Notes: a model not told the origin generated them from the sequence alone. A DNA stretch of 64,000 bases from a bacterium (GCA_035402985.1 DAONEH010000001.1:3123-67122), one strand, 5' to 3'; positions 27,784-37,319 are shown, numbered from the stretch's first letter. Program-made: numbers and translations.

Positions 27784-28464
27784 ATGAAAATATTTTGTAT
27801 AATTCCAGCCTGGAATGAAAGTCTAAATATAGTCACTACTATTCAAAAAGTATTAAATTATGTTGATTTTTTAGTAATAATTAATGATTGTTCCACTGAT
27901 AATACTTTAAAAAAGGCCCAAGAATTACAAAATCAATATCCAGATAAAATTAAAGTTTTAAGCCACCCAATTAATTTAGGTCAAGGAGCTTCTTTGCAAA
28001 CTGGTAATGATTATGCTCTATTAAATGGAGCTGAGATTATTGTTCATTTTGATGGAGACGGCCAATTTTTAGCTGAAGAAATTATAGATATTATAAACCC
28101 AATAATAAAAGATAATTATGATATTGTGTTTGGTTCTAGGTTTTTAGAAAAAAAATCAAGTATTCCTAAGTTTAAAAAAAATATTATTATGCCTTTAGCT
28201 AAAATATTTAATTTTATTTTTTTTGGTATAAAAACCAGTGATCCTCAGATAGGATTTAGAGCTATGACAGCCAGTACTGCTCAAAAAATAAGAATAGAAA
28301 ATAATAGAATGGCTCATGCCACTGAAATATTAGCTAAAGCTTATAAATATAAATTAAAAATAAAAGAAGTACCCGTTACAGTTATCTATAATAGATATGG
28401 TCAAAAATTTTCTGGTGGTTTTAAAATAATAAAAGATTTATTTTTTAAAAAAATAATTAGTTAA
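27784..28464 (+). CDS. GT2 polyprenyl-phosphate glycosyltransferase (DPM synthase/GacI-like)
   Basis: IIPAWNE, INDCSTDNT, H.INLGQGA..QTG, FDGDGQF, GSRF, DPQ.GFRA, EVPV.V.Y. Confidence 0.9.
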   Translation: MKIFCIIPAWNESLNIVTTIQKVLNYVDFLVIINDCSTDNTLKKAQELQNQYPDKIKVLSHPINLGQGASLQTGNDYALLNGAEIIVHFDGDGQFLAEEIIDIINPIIKDNYDIVFGSRFLEKKSSIPKFKKNIIMPLAKIFNFIFFGIKTSDPQIGFRAMTASTAQKIRIENNRMAHATEILAKAYKYKLKIKEVPVTVIYNRYGQKFSGGFKIIKDLFFKKIIS

Positions 28465-28475
28465 TAATTAATAAT

Positions 28476-28796
28476 ATGATACAACAAATAATCGCTCTAT
28501 TAATTTTAGTTTTTTTTATTTTAAAACTAACTATCCAATGGAGAAAAAAAACAATCAATATAAATGAATTTATTTTTTGGTTAATATTTTGGTTAATTGC
28601 TTCCCTGCTGATAATATTTATAAAACCAATTGATCAATTGGTTATAAATATGGGTTTTTCATCTTCTGGTATTAATTTAATTTTTTATGTTGCCGTTCTA
28701 TTATTATTCTATCTTATATTTAAAATGAGATTAAAAATGGTTAAATTAGAAAAAGATATTACTGATTTAAGTCGAGAATTAACTTTAAAAAAATAA
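28476..28796 (+). CDS. DUF2304 family membrane protein (GacJ-like)
   Basis: Three TMs, FW..FW, C-terminal 'LEKDITDL.REL'; immediately downstream of a DPM-like GT2. Confidence 0.8.
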   Translation: MIQQIIALLILVFFILKLTIQWRKKTININEFIFWLIFWLIASLLIIFIKPIDQLVINMGFSSSGINLIFYVAVLLLFYLIFKMRLKMVKLEKDITDLSRELTLKK

Positions 28797-28854
28797 AAAA
28801 TATTTTAAGATAATTTTATTATTCTATTATTTTATTATATCTTATTTTGTCTAC

Positions 28855-28884
28855 AAAAAAGTGGGCATTTAGTGTCCACTTTTT
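28855..28884. terminator. Bidirectional intrinsic terminator
   Basis: aaaaaagtgggca-tttag-tgtccacttttt with A- and T-runs on both sides, between convergent units. Confidence 0.75.
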
Positions 28885-28999
28885 AGGGTACAGTTCATTT
28901 GGATCTATTTTTATAATATGATCAAATTAGGGGGAGCGGACAGACGGCGATGGAGAGATATAACTTGGCAAACATCGGATAAAATTCCTTAGATCAATA

Positions 29000-29650
29000 T
29001 TATTTCTCCAAAATCAAGTCTCCGGTAGATAACGCTGCTTCATGGGAAGCGCAGCGTGGCCATGGCTGTCCTAAAACATTCTTTGAATCAAAAATAAATA
29101 TAAAACAATCTCCGGGGGGAACCTTACCATAATTGTTTGTTAAAACAAGATCGAAATATTTCCACACGATGCGCGAATAAATAGACCAAGGCTTCATTGA
29201 TGTTTCAACTCTATGGTGTATTACATAAAGATTAGCTTTTTCCCCCTTACATAAATCACCAGATCGAAATTCACGCACCCCCGTTTCGGTTGGCACGCGA
29301 AGAATGTCTTTATATTCATTTGAAAATTCAAAAGATCCGCCAGCTGCGTCAAAAAATGAGCTTAACAAAATATCGTCAACATTTAAGGGTATACCGTCAG
29401 CAATAATGCTCCCTGATTTACTATGCGCAAATAAACCATTTCTTTTTATTTTCAATAATTCGGGGTCAGCTTTTAAAAATATTTCTTCACCGCAAGCAAA
29501 TATTCTATAATCAGTTCTTGATAAAATTTTTCTTTCTGTTAAAGTTTGATTTTTATTTTTTAACACCCAAAAAACAAATATTAATATAAATAATATTATC
29601 GAAATAACTATAATTCTTAATTTATGAATATTTTTTGTTGTCAGCTTCAT
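29000..29650 (-). CDS. N-terminally membrane-anchored hypothetical protein with four Cys
   Basis: One TM (aa 11-30); motifs DYRIFACGE, FF...GG, GDLCKG, VPPGDCFIF. Confidence 0.7.
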   Translation of the reverse strand: MKLTTKNIHKLRIIVISIILFILIFVFWVLKNKNQTLTERKILSRTDYRIFACGEEIFLKADPELLKIKRNGLFAHSKSGSIIADGIPLNVDDILLSSFFDAAGGSFEFSNEYKDILRVPTETGVREFRSGDLCKGEKANLYVIHHRVETSMKPWSIYSRIVWKYFDLVLTNNYGKVPPGDCFIFIFDSKNVLGQPWPRCASHEAALSTGDLILEK

Positions 29651-29652
29651 AA

Positions 29653-30621
29653 TTAATCTATTATTTCAAGCACACCAATGCTTAAGAAATCTCCTTTGCG
29701 TGCTTTGATTAATTTATCATATATCTTATCCCATTTTTCAATTTCAGTTATTGTAATACATCCCAAAGAGCGGCTGCCAGTGTGCAGATATCTTTCGCCA
29801 TCATGGCCGACCCTAAACCAACTTTTGGCTCTAAACGATCTATTCTCATAATGCCTTCCTCCAAGGTGAGGATAATCAGGAATCTCAATGTCATATAGTC
29901 CTTTCTTCCAAGATGTTTCTGTATAATCCGTGGCTTTATATTTTATATTACCTATAATCAGTTTTTTTTGAAAAATGGAATACTGGAGATGAATTAAAGG
30001 TTTATGTTTTACATCGGCCAAAAGCCGTGAATTACTATTGTTTGCATTATCTAGACTAACAGAAGCTTTTTGCCCCCTATAGGGACCTTCTAAAATCGTA
30101 AAATATTCGCGCCCACTCTCAACATACCCTAATTGTACTTTTAAAAAGGCAGGAAGAGAAACAGTCTCGCCACTTGTAATTTTAACTTTGAGCCAACCAT
30201 TATTAACATCGGGGATATACCTTATTGTTTCTGTGACCAAGGCCTCAATCGTAACTTCAAAAATAGCAGTAGACTTGCCCCAGGTCTTGCCAAAACGATT
30301 TTCGCGAAGCTCAATATTATAGGTGAAATTCTGCGGCCTAACGTCATCCGTATCGACTTTAATTGTCTTTTCTGTCTTCCCAATATCATTAAATAATATA
30401 TCTTTTTCTGCAATAGTGATTTTTACTTTGGTAGAAAATGTTTTTTGGTCAGAGGGAAAATCACCTATCGCTTGACTGAATTCGACGGTTTTTCTAGCCT
30501 GTATCCTTTTATCGGCGCGCAAGATCTTGTCCAATAATTCTATATCAATACGGATGTCGTTACCAATCGATTTACCTGTATATTTTATTTTTATCAGTTT
30601 AAATTGAATTTTTTTAAGCAT
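29653..30621 (-). CDS. Three-domain protein with a C-terminal Tlde1/DUF2778/L,D-transpeptidase-like catalytic domain
   Basis: KGLYDIEIPDYPH...WFRVG...RYLHTGSRSLGCITI..W: His...S-x-G-C-I motif of YkuD-fold enzymes; central GW-containing SH3-like segment; beta-rich N-terminal domain. Confidence 0.6.
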   Translation of the reverse strand: MLKKIQFKLIKIKYTGKSIGNDIRIDIELLDKILRADKRIQARKTVEFSQAIGDFPSDQKTFSTKVKITIAEKDILFNDIGKTEKTIKVDTDDVRPQNFTYNIELRENRFGKTWGKSTAIFEVTIEALVTETIRYIPDVNNGWLKVKITSGETVSLPAFLKVQLGYVESGREYFTILEGPYRGQKASVSLDNANNSNSRLLADVKHKPLIHLQYSIFQKKLIIGNIKYKATDYTETSWKKGLYDIEIPDYPHLGGRHYENRSFRAKSWFRVGHDGERYLHTGSRSLGCITITEIEKWDKIYDKLIKARKGDFLSIGVLEIID

Positions 30622-30644
30622 ACAGATTTTTATTTTTTAAATTT

Positions 30645-31115
30645 TTATACATTTTGTCCATTTAATATCGACTGTAGTTCCTTGACTTTTATCAATAGAG
30701 TTTTAGCATCTGTATGGGCTTGACCTAGTTCTGCCTCCGAAATTCCGATAAAATCACCATATTCGATCCTATTTCTTTTCTTTCTCATTTGTTGGAATCT
30801 TTGAAATTCATTACTGAGTTCGCCGTTAAGCAAAATGGCGGCAGCATTGATTACAATATAATGATGTCCTTCTCCACTTGTTTTCGCTCTATATCCGTTA
30901 ATTAACAATATAGCTTCACAGCATAATCTTATAGAATCATAGATGTTATTATACACAATATCCTCATCCCCAGTACCTATCCCGGACAAATTTTTATTTG
31001 CAAAATTATATAACCTGTCAGCCTTCTCAATTTTTATTTCAACCCCTTTTAAGCTGAACGAAAAAGGCTCAATAGAATTATTATTTAATAATGTTTGAAT
31101 CTCTTGTAAAATCAT
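30645..31115 (-). CDS. HEPN domain protein (toxin of an MNT-HEPN pair)
   Basis: Helical; Y....C.AILL..GYR......H, R.KRN...Y (RKKRNRIEY); overlaps the MNT gene. Confidence 0.8.
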   Translation of the reverse strand: MILQEIQTLLNNNSIEPFSFSLKGVEIKIEKADRLYNFANKNLSGIGTGDEDIVYNNIYDSIRLCCEAILLINGYRAKTSGEGHHYIVINAAAILLNGELSNEFQRFQQMRKKRNRIEYGDFIGISEAELGQAHTDAKTLLIKVKELQSILNGQNV

Positions 31116-31668
31116 ACGGGCTTCCTTTTAATTTAATTATTGGAGATAAAAATATATTAGATATAAAATTATTTTTTTCTTTGATTTTTTTAACAATTTC
31201 TTGACTACTGTAAATATGATAATTTATCTCTCTAGCAATTTTCCCTTCTAACGAACTTATCATGGTAATAAGGGCGTCTTGGTTTATATTTCCAATCAAC
31301 ATTAAATCAATATCGCTATTATTATTTTCTGTTCCCTTGGCTATTGATCCAAAAATAAAAGCACATTCAACATTATCAAGTTTATCAACTAACTTTTTCA
31401 ATTCATTTTCTAAACCAGATGTTTTTGAAATAATGCTTTTTATTTCTTCATAAAGCGGGTGTTCTTTATTTAATCTAAAAAAACGCATATTCCCGCGACG
31501 CTCATCTAATAATATCTTATCTTCCACTAAATTATCTAAATATTTTTGATAATGGCTTGGCTCTTTATTTAGATTTTTAGCGATTTCTCTAAAATAGTAT
31601 TCTTTGTCTGGATTTTTAAAAAATAACTCCATGATTTCTCCGCCGCCCTTTTTTAAAAAATTTAGCAT
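31081..31668 (-). CDS. wHTH-fused minimal nucleotidyltransferase (MNT antitoxin)
   Basis: N-terminal HTH (Y.REIA..L......L..L...IL...G..R.F..N..HP); FIFGSIAKG.....SDIDL.LIG; REIN. Confidence 0.88.
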   Translation of the reverse strand: MLNFLKKGGGEIMELFFKNPDKEYYFREIAKNLNKEPSHYQKYLDNLVEDKILLDERRGNMRFFRLNKEHPLYEEIKSIISKTSGLENELKKLVDKLDNVECAFIFGSIAKGTENNNSDIDLMLIGNINQDALITMISSLEGKIAREINYHIYSSQEIVKKIKEKNNFISNIFLSPIIKLKGSPYDFTRDSNIIK

Positions 31669-31866
31669 AAAATATGTTTAATAATTATTCCTGGTTATAT
31701 TATACACGATTTATATACAATTGTACATACTTTTTATACGATGGTTAATATTCGTCAATAATTACACGTTTATCAAGAAAAAAATTAAATTATCCTAAAA
31801 TTTCCGCCCACTTCTCAATTCCCACAATAATCTCACTAAAATTTTGATAAATCTCGGAGCGTAGGA

Positions 31867-33795
31867 CTACTTAATAAATCTAAAAATATAAAGTTTACCC
31901 TCATCAATACTATAATAATCATCAGCTACTGCTTTCATTTCTTCAATTATTTTATCAAAAGCCCACCAATAATCATTAACGACTACTAAACATTCATCCG
32001 CTCCAGTTTTATCTAATAAGTCCTTAGCTAATTCTTTATCAGGATTAGCTATTATTTTTAAATAATAATCATATAATAATCCACCAGTTTGAACCGAATA
32101 ATAAAACCAAGAATCATAATAACGTTTAAAACCATATTCTTTGATAGCGGCTGCCCCCACCTGCTGATTAGCTAAAACTATATAATTATCATTAATTTTA
32201 TGCTCTTCAATATGTTTAACAGTTGAAAAATCGGATTGAGACACAGAAAAAGATCGAGAATTAAAATAATTATCTTTACGTGGATAATTAAGATATAAAG
32301 AAACAAGACATAGGACACCAAGAAATATTAATAATATAATTTTAAATATTCTAGCTTCCTTCTCTATTTTTTTTAATAAACAAACAAACATATCATAAAA
32401 AACTGGAACTAAAAATAAGAAAGAAATTATTAAAATCCGCTTAGCATAAGAATCTTTATCCACGGCACTTAAAAAAGGAAAATCAATAAAAGAACTCAAT
32501 ATATAAGAAAATATTAAAGCTAAAGAATTAAAAAAGAAAATTTTTAATTCCGGACGACCTTTTTTAAAAACAAAAAAGGTTATTATGATAAACAATAATA
32601 ATAGCCACCAATTATTATTAGAACCAAAAAAATAAATAAAATTAAGAAATATATTTTCTTGTCCTAAAAAATTAAAAGACCATTTTGAAAAATCAAAACT
32701 TCCAATTGAAAAACGTCCACCAATTATAATTAAAAGAATTGGTAAAATAATAATTTGTCCTAAATAACTTAAAATTTTACCTAATTTTAAAAATTTAATT
32801 GGTATTCTACTTGTTTCTAATTTATTTAAAAATAATATAAAAACAAAAATAATGGCTGGAATACCAGCTAAGGGATGAATAAAAAATATACTTAAAGCTA
32901 TGGAGAATAAAAAAATAAAATTATACCGATTAGCAATAAAGTATTTATTAAATGAAAACAATATTAAAATAATCAGGAATAAAAAAGATAAATTTTGTGG
33001 AACGGTATAAGTAAAAATAGAAAATGGTAATAATAAAAAGATTATTAAAGGCCAAATTATTTTATTATACCCTCTGTTTCTAAAATTAAACCAAAAAGTT
33101 AGAGGAATTAAAATAGCTGATAATACTGGTACTAATAATTTATTTATTAAACCAATTGATAAAGGTAAAATTTTAAAAAGCGATAATTCTAAAACATATT
33201 GACCTATATAATAAATTGTTTTAGGCTCAATTAAACCAGTTGACAAAATATCAATCATGGCTCGCTCATGAAGAAGTTGATCATAACCAAAAGCTATTTT
33301 ATAAATAAAAACAGAAATAGAAAAAAATAAAAAATACCATAAAATTATAAAAAGATAAGACCAAGAGTTTTTTTGATAAAAACTTAAAAATATTAATCCA
33401 ATTAAAAGACCAATTAATACCCAAAAATACCAAGGAAGAAAAAACCAGGGTGAAGCTATAGCTCCTAAACTTCCAGCTTTAAACAATACAAAAAACAAAT
33501 AAGCAAAAATAATAAAGATACCAGCTGAAATAATTATTTTTAATCCTTTATTTTTTTTCTTTAAAGTATCTAACTCTATTTTATCAATTTCTTGCTGATT
33601 AGGACGAGAAATGATAAAATATATAAACAGACCAGTAAAAAATAAGGCTAAAATTAAAGAAATTAAAGCTGTTAAATTATTAAAACGATAAAAATAATAA
33701 ATAATTGAAGCGTTATTTATAAACAACGATAAAAATAATAATCCAATTATTAACCAATTTCTTTTGCTATAATGTAATATTTTATTAATAGTCAT
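31867..33795 (-). CDS. Large polytopic membrane protein, GT-C-like candidate
   Basis: More than 12 TM segments, FGYD..LH loop, IHPLAG, extracytoplasmic C-terminal domain. ATG at 33795 preferred because the track start at 33876 overlaps the divergent gene. Confidence 0.6.
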   Translation of the reverse strand: MTINKILHYSKRNWLIIGLLFLSLFINNASIIYYFYRFNNLTALISLILALFFTGLFIYFIISRPNQQEIDKIELDTLKKKNKGLKIIISAGIFIIFAYLFFVLFKAGSLGAIASPWFFLPWYFWVLIGLLIGLIFLSFYQKNSWSYLFIILWYFLFFSISVFIYKIAFGYDQLLHERAMIDILSTGLIEPKTIYYIGQYVLELSLFKILPLSIGLINKLLVPVLSAILIPLTFWFNFRNRGYNKIIWPLIIFLLLPFSIFTYTVPQNLSFLFLIILILFSFNKYFIANRYNFIFLFSIALSIFFIHPLAGIPAIIFVFILFLNKLETSRIPIKFLKLGKILSYLGQIIILPILLIIIGGRFSIGSFDFSKWSFNFLGQENIFLNFIYFFGSNNNWWLLLLFIIITFFVFKKGRPELKIFFFNSLALIFSYILSSFIDFPFLSAVDKDSYAKRILIISFLFLVPVFYDMFVCLLKKIEKEARIFKIILLIFLGVLCLVSLYLNYPRKDNYFNSRSFSVSQSDFSTVKHIEEHKINDNYIVLANQQVGAAAIKEYGFKRYYDSWFYYSVQTGGLLYDYYLKIIANPDKELAKDLLDKTGADECLVVVNDYWWAFDKIIEEMKAVADDYYSIDEGKLYIFRFIK

Positions 33796-33818
33796 ACTTA
33801 TATAATATACCATAATAT

Positions 33819-34922
33819 ATGAAAATTGCCCAAGTAGTTTGTGTTTACCCACCCTATGCCGGTGGAATTGGAACATCAGCCCAAAAATTACAAAAAATAT
33901 TATCTGACCAACACGAAGTTTTTGTTTTTACCCCAATTAATAAAAATAAAAATAATAATAATTTGGAAAATAATATCATTCGATTAAAACCAAGCTTAAA
34001 ATTAGGCCATGGAGCCATCCTTTGTTCCCTACTTAAAAAACTAAAAAACTTTGATTTAATATATTTTCATTATCCTTTTTTTGGCACCGGAATAATAATA
34101 TGGTTATTTAAAATTTTTAATCCTCAAAAAAAACTAATTATCCAATACCACATGGATGTTAGACAAAAAAATATTATTTATAAAATATTGAGTTGGCCTG
34201 AAGAAATTATTAAAAAATCATTATTTAAAAAAGCTGATTTAATAATAGTAGCTTCTTTAGATTATATTAAACACAGTAAAATAAAAAATATTTATCAAAA
34301 ATATCAATCTAAATTTAAAGAAATTCCTTTTTCCGTTGATACTAATAAATTTAAACCAAATACTAATCAAATAATAAAAGATAATATTATATTATTTGTA
34401 GGAGGATTAGACAAAGCTCATTATTTTAAAGGAGTTGATATTTTAATTCAGGCGGTTAATTTAATTAAAGATCAAGATTATATATTAAAAATAGCTGGTA
34501 CTGGTCAATTAGCTAAGGATTATAAAAAATTAACTCAGGAATTAAAAATTGATAATAAAGTAATATTTTTAGGAAAACTTAATGAAAATGAATTAATAGC
34601 AAATTATCAAAATGCCAAAGTTTTAGTTTTGCCATCTATTAATAATAATGAAGCTTTTGGTATTGTTTTGATAGAAGCGATGGCTTGTGGTACTCCCGTT
34701 ATTGCTTCTAATTTACCTGGGGTTCGTTTAGTGTTTGAAGATAAAATATCAGGTTTCCAAACAGAAGTAAAAAATATTATTGATTTAAAAAATAAACTAG
34801 AAATTATTTTAGCTGATGATATTTCTCTTAACATGGGCCAAAAAGCTCAGCAATTGGTTAAAGAAAAATATTCTGATATAGTAGTAAGTTCTAAAATACT
34901 AAATTTAATAAATTCTTTATGA
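33819..34922 (+). CDS. Glycosyltransferase family 4
   Basis: YPPYAGGI, FVGGLDKAHYFKG, LPS....EAFGIVLIEAMACGTPVIAS. Confidence 0.92.
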   Translation: MKIAQVVCVYPPYAGGIGTSAQKLQKILSDQHEVFVFTPINKNKNNNNLENNIIRLKPSLKLGHGAILCSLLKKLKNFDLIYFHYPFFGTGIIIWLFKIFNPQKKLIIQYHMDVRQKNIIYKILSWPEEIIKKSLFKKADLIIVASLDYIKHSKIKNIYQKYQSKFKEIPFSVDTNKFKPNTNQIIKDNIILFVGGLDKAHYFKGVDILIQAVNLIKDQDYILKIAGTGQLAKDYKKLTQELKIDNKVIFLGKLNENELIANYQNAKVLVLPSINNNEAFGIVLIEAMACGTPVIASNLPGVRLVFEDKISGFQTEVKNIIDLKNKLEIILADDISLNMGQKAQQLVKEKYSDIVVSSKILNLINSL

Positions 34923-36055
34923 AAATAGCTATTATAAATAATCTATATCAACCATATAATAAAGGTGGGGCTGAAAAAAATTGTCAAAAATTAATAAATG
35001 AAGCTCAGGCTCAAGGTCATGATTGTTTTATTATCACCACTAAACCCAAAAAAGAAACTAAAATAAATTATGATCCTCGAACCTATTATTTACCCTCTAA
35101 TTATTATTTCTTAAAAAAAACTACTATTATTTATCGCCTATTTTGGCAAATAGCTAATATTTTTAATTTTTTTCGAGGTCCACAATTAAAAAAAATATTA
35201 ATAACCGAAAAACCAGATATAATTATTACTCATAATTTAATGGGTATTGGCATAAGAAGTTTTAAAATTATAAAAAAATTAAAAATAAAACAAATACATA
35301 TTCTTCATGATATTCAATTATTTTATCCTTCTGGTTTAATGTTTTATGGACAAGAAAAAAAAGTAAATTCATTACCAGCTAAACTTTATCAACTAATTAA
35401 TCGAAATTTAGTGGGTTCACCTGATTTAATTGTGTCACCCTCTAAGTGGTTACTTACCGAACATACAAAAAGAAAATTCTTTGAATCTAGTCATAAAATT
35501 ATTTTAAAAAATCCAGTAGATAATACTAGAGAAAATAATATTGAAAGAAATATACCAAAGAATAAATATACTTTTTTATTTATTGGCCAAATTGAATTAC
35601 ATAAAGGTATATTATTTTTAATTAATACTTTTAAAAAAATACCTAATGATAATATAATATTAAATATAGTTGGCCAGGGTAGTTTATTAAATCAAGCTAA
35701 AAAAATAGCTCAAACTGATAAAAGAATTAATTTTTTAGGTTTTAATAATGATATTGAAATAGAACAATTAAAAACTAGTGATTGTTTAATAGTTCCCTCC
35801 TGGTGTTATGAAAATTCACCAACCGTTATTTATAATGCTTTAAATTATAATCTACCAATCATTGCTTCTAATTTAGGTGGTATTCCAGAATTATTTACCA
35901 ATCAATCAGGTTTATTATTTACACCTAAAGACGAGTTAGATTTAATAAATAAAATAAACGAATATTTAAATAATCCTACTTCTTTTATTTATAATAAAAA
36001 ACCGGTTGAAACCGGTTATTTAACAGAAATATTAAAAAATATATCTAGAGATTAA
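34919..36055 (+). CDS. Glycosyltransferase family 4
   Basis: GGAE, HNL.G, LHD, FIGQ...HKG, VPSWCYENSPTV; ATGA overlap with the upstream GT4. Confidence 0.9.
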   Translation: MKIAIINNLYQPYNKGGAEKNCQKLINEAQAQGHDCFIITTKPKKETKINYDPRTYYLPSNYYFLKKTTIIYRLFWQIANIFNFFRGPQLKKILITEKPDIIITHNLMGIGIRSFKIIKKLKIKQIHILHDIQLFYPSGLMFYGQEKKVNSLPAKLYQLINRNLVGSPDLIVSPSKWLLTEHTKRKFFESSHKIILKNPVDNTRENNIERNIPKNKYTFLFIGQIELHKGILFLINTFKKIPNDNIILNIVGQGSLLNQAKKIAQTDKRINFLGFNNDIEIEQLKTSDCLIVPSWCYENSPTVIYNALNYNLPIIASNLGGIPELFTNQSGLLFTPKDELDLINKINEYLNNPTSFIYNKKPVETGYLTEILKNISRD

Positions 36056-37319
36056 TAATTTTCTCCTCACCACTTAGCATATCTTTAATTTTATAAACAC
36101 CTTTCTTTTTCTCATCTTCACCTAAAATAATAACTTGAGTAATTTTATTTTTATCCGCATATTCTAAAGCTCGAGAAATTTTAGTAATACTTAAACCAAG
36201 CTCAACACGATAATTATCTCGGCGTAATTTTTTAGCTAATAAAAAAACATCATTTTTTAAATCTTCACTAAGTAATGGTAAATAATAATAATCTTGTTTT
36301 AAGTTTATACTTGGTAAAATATTCCAAGATTCTAAGAATAATTTAAAAGTCTCATCACCCGGAGCAAAACCAATAGCTGGAAAATCTTTAACTCCAAAAA
36401 GATTAGATAAACTATTATAACGACCACCACCAAACATGGCTCGATTATTATCGGGATGTTTATCGAATAATTCAAAAACTAAACCATCATAATAGTCAAA
36501 ACCACGAATAACAGCCGAATCAAATTCAACATAATCTTTATAGCCTAAGCTATTTAATTGAGAAATTATATTTTTTAAGAATATAAAACCAAAACATGTT
36601 TTTAATTCTTTTATTTTATCAACTAAATCATCTAAATCAGAAGCTTTAATAAATTTTAAAATTTTATCGATTTGTTCATTTTTCAAACCTATTTCTTCCA
36701 TGCTTTTTATTAATTCATCACCTGACATTTTATTATATTTATCCATTAATCTCATGGTAGGAGTTTTTTGATCATCTTTTATTTTAATAATATCAAATAA
36801 AGAATTTATCAAACCTCGATGATTTATTTTTAAAACAAAAGAATTTTTAGGTGGATTAAAAGCTAAAACTAAATCAATAGCCAATTGTAAAATTTCTAAA
36901 TCAGCTAATTCCCCACTCTCACTAAAAATATCACAATTTAATTGCCAAAATTCACGATTACGACCTCGTTGTGGTTTTTCATTTCTAATAAAATTAGCAA
37001 TAGAAAAAAGTTTTAAAGGTTTAGAGACAGTATTATAAGTCTTAGAAACCATTCGAACAACACTTGGAGTCATTTCTGGTCTAATAGCTAATTCTCGACC
37101 TCCCTGATCAACAAAAACCATTAATTCTTTCTGACCTAAATCCCCGCCTGATTTAGCTCGATAAATATCAGCATTTTCAAGTAATGGGGTTAAATATTCA
37201 ATAAAACCAAAAGACTTACAAACTTGGCGCCAAGTATTAAAAATATAATTACGAGTAGCCATCTCCTCTGGCATCCAATCACAAGTTCCTTTTATTTCTT
37301 GGTTAGAAATATTTTTCAT
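36045..37319 (-). CDS. hisS: Histidine--tRNA ligase
   Basis: RPEMTPS, RNEKPQRGR.REFWQ, RGFDYY.G.VFE, GGGRY. Confidence 0.97.
   Translation of the reverse strand: MKNISNQEIKGTCDWMPEEMATRNYIFNTWRQVCKSFGFIEYLTPLLENADIYRAKSGGDLGQKELMVFVDQGGRELAIRPEMTPSVVRMVSKTYNTVSKPLKLFSIANFIRNEKPQRGRNREFWQLNCDIFSESGELADLEILQLAIDLVLAFNPPKNSFVLKINHRGLINSLFDIIKIKDDQKTPTMRLMDKYNKMSGDELIKSMEEIGLKNEQIDKILKFIKASDLDDLVDKIKELKTCFGFIFLKNIISQLNSLGYKDYVEFDSAVIRGFDYYDGLVFELFDKHPDNNRAMFGGGRYNSLSNLFGVKDFPAIGFAPGDETFKLFLESWNILPSINLKQDYYYLPLLSEDLKNDVFLLAKKLRRDNYRVELGLSITKISRALEYADKNKITQVIILGEDEKKKGVYKIKDMLSGEEKIINL

Larger units (their letters stand above)
28885..31866 (-). mobile_element. Putative horizontally acquired 4-gene island (no integrase visible)
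   Basis: Visibly higher G+C and different codon choice (GCGC, AAG, CGC) than the flanks; carries a TA pair; lies exactly between a host terminator and the stop codon of the 31867 gene. Confidence 0.6.

Noticed and set aside
31850-31866. tRNA-end-like words at the island borders (tcggagcgtagg here; ggagcggacagacgg at ~28933) and a shared TAGG at both ends
   Set aside because: Too short; no T-arm GTTCRA, no cloverleaf and no convincing att direct repeat. A 4-bp match is expected by chance.
33796-33876. Track N-terminal extension of the 669-aa ORF
   Set aside because: It overlaps the divergent GT4 gene; ATG 33795 with an adjacent extended -10 is more plausible.
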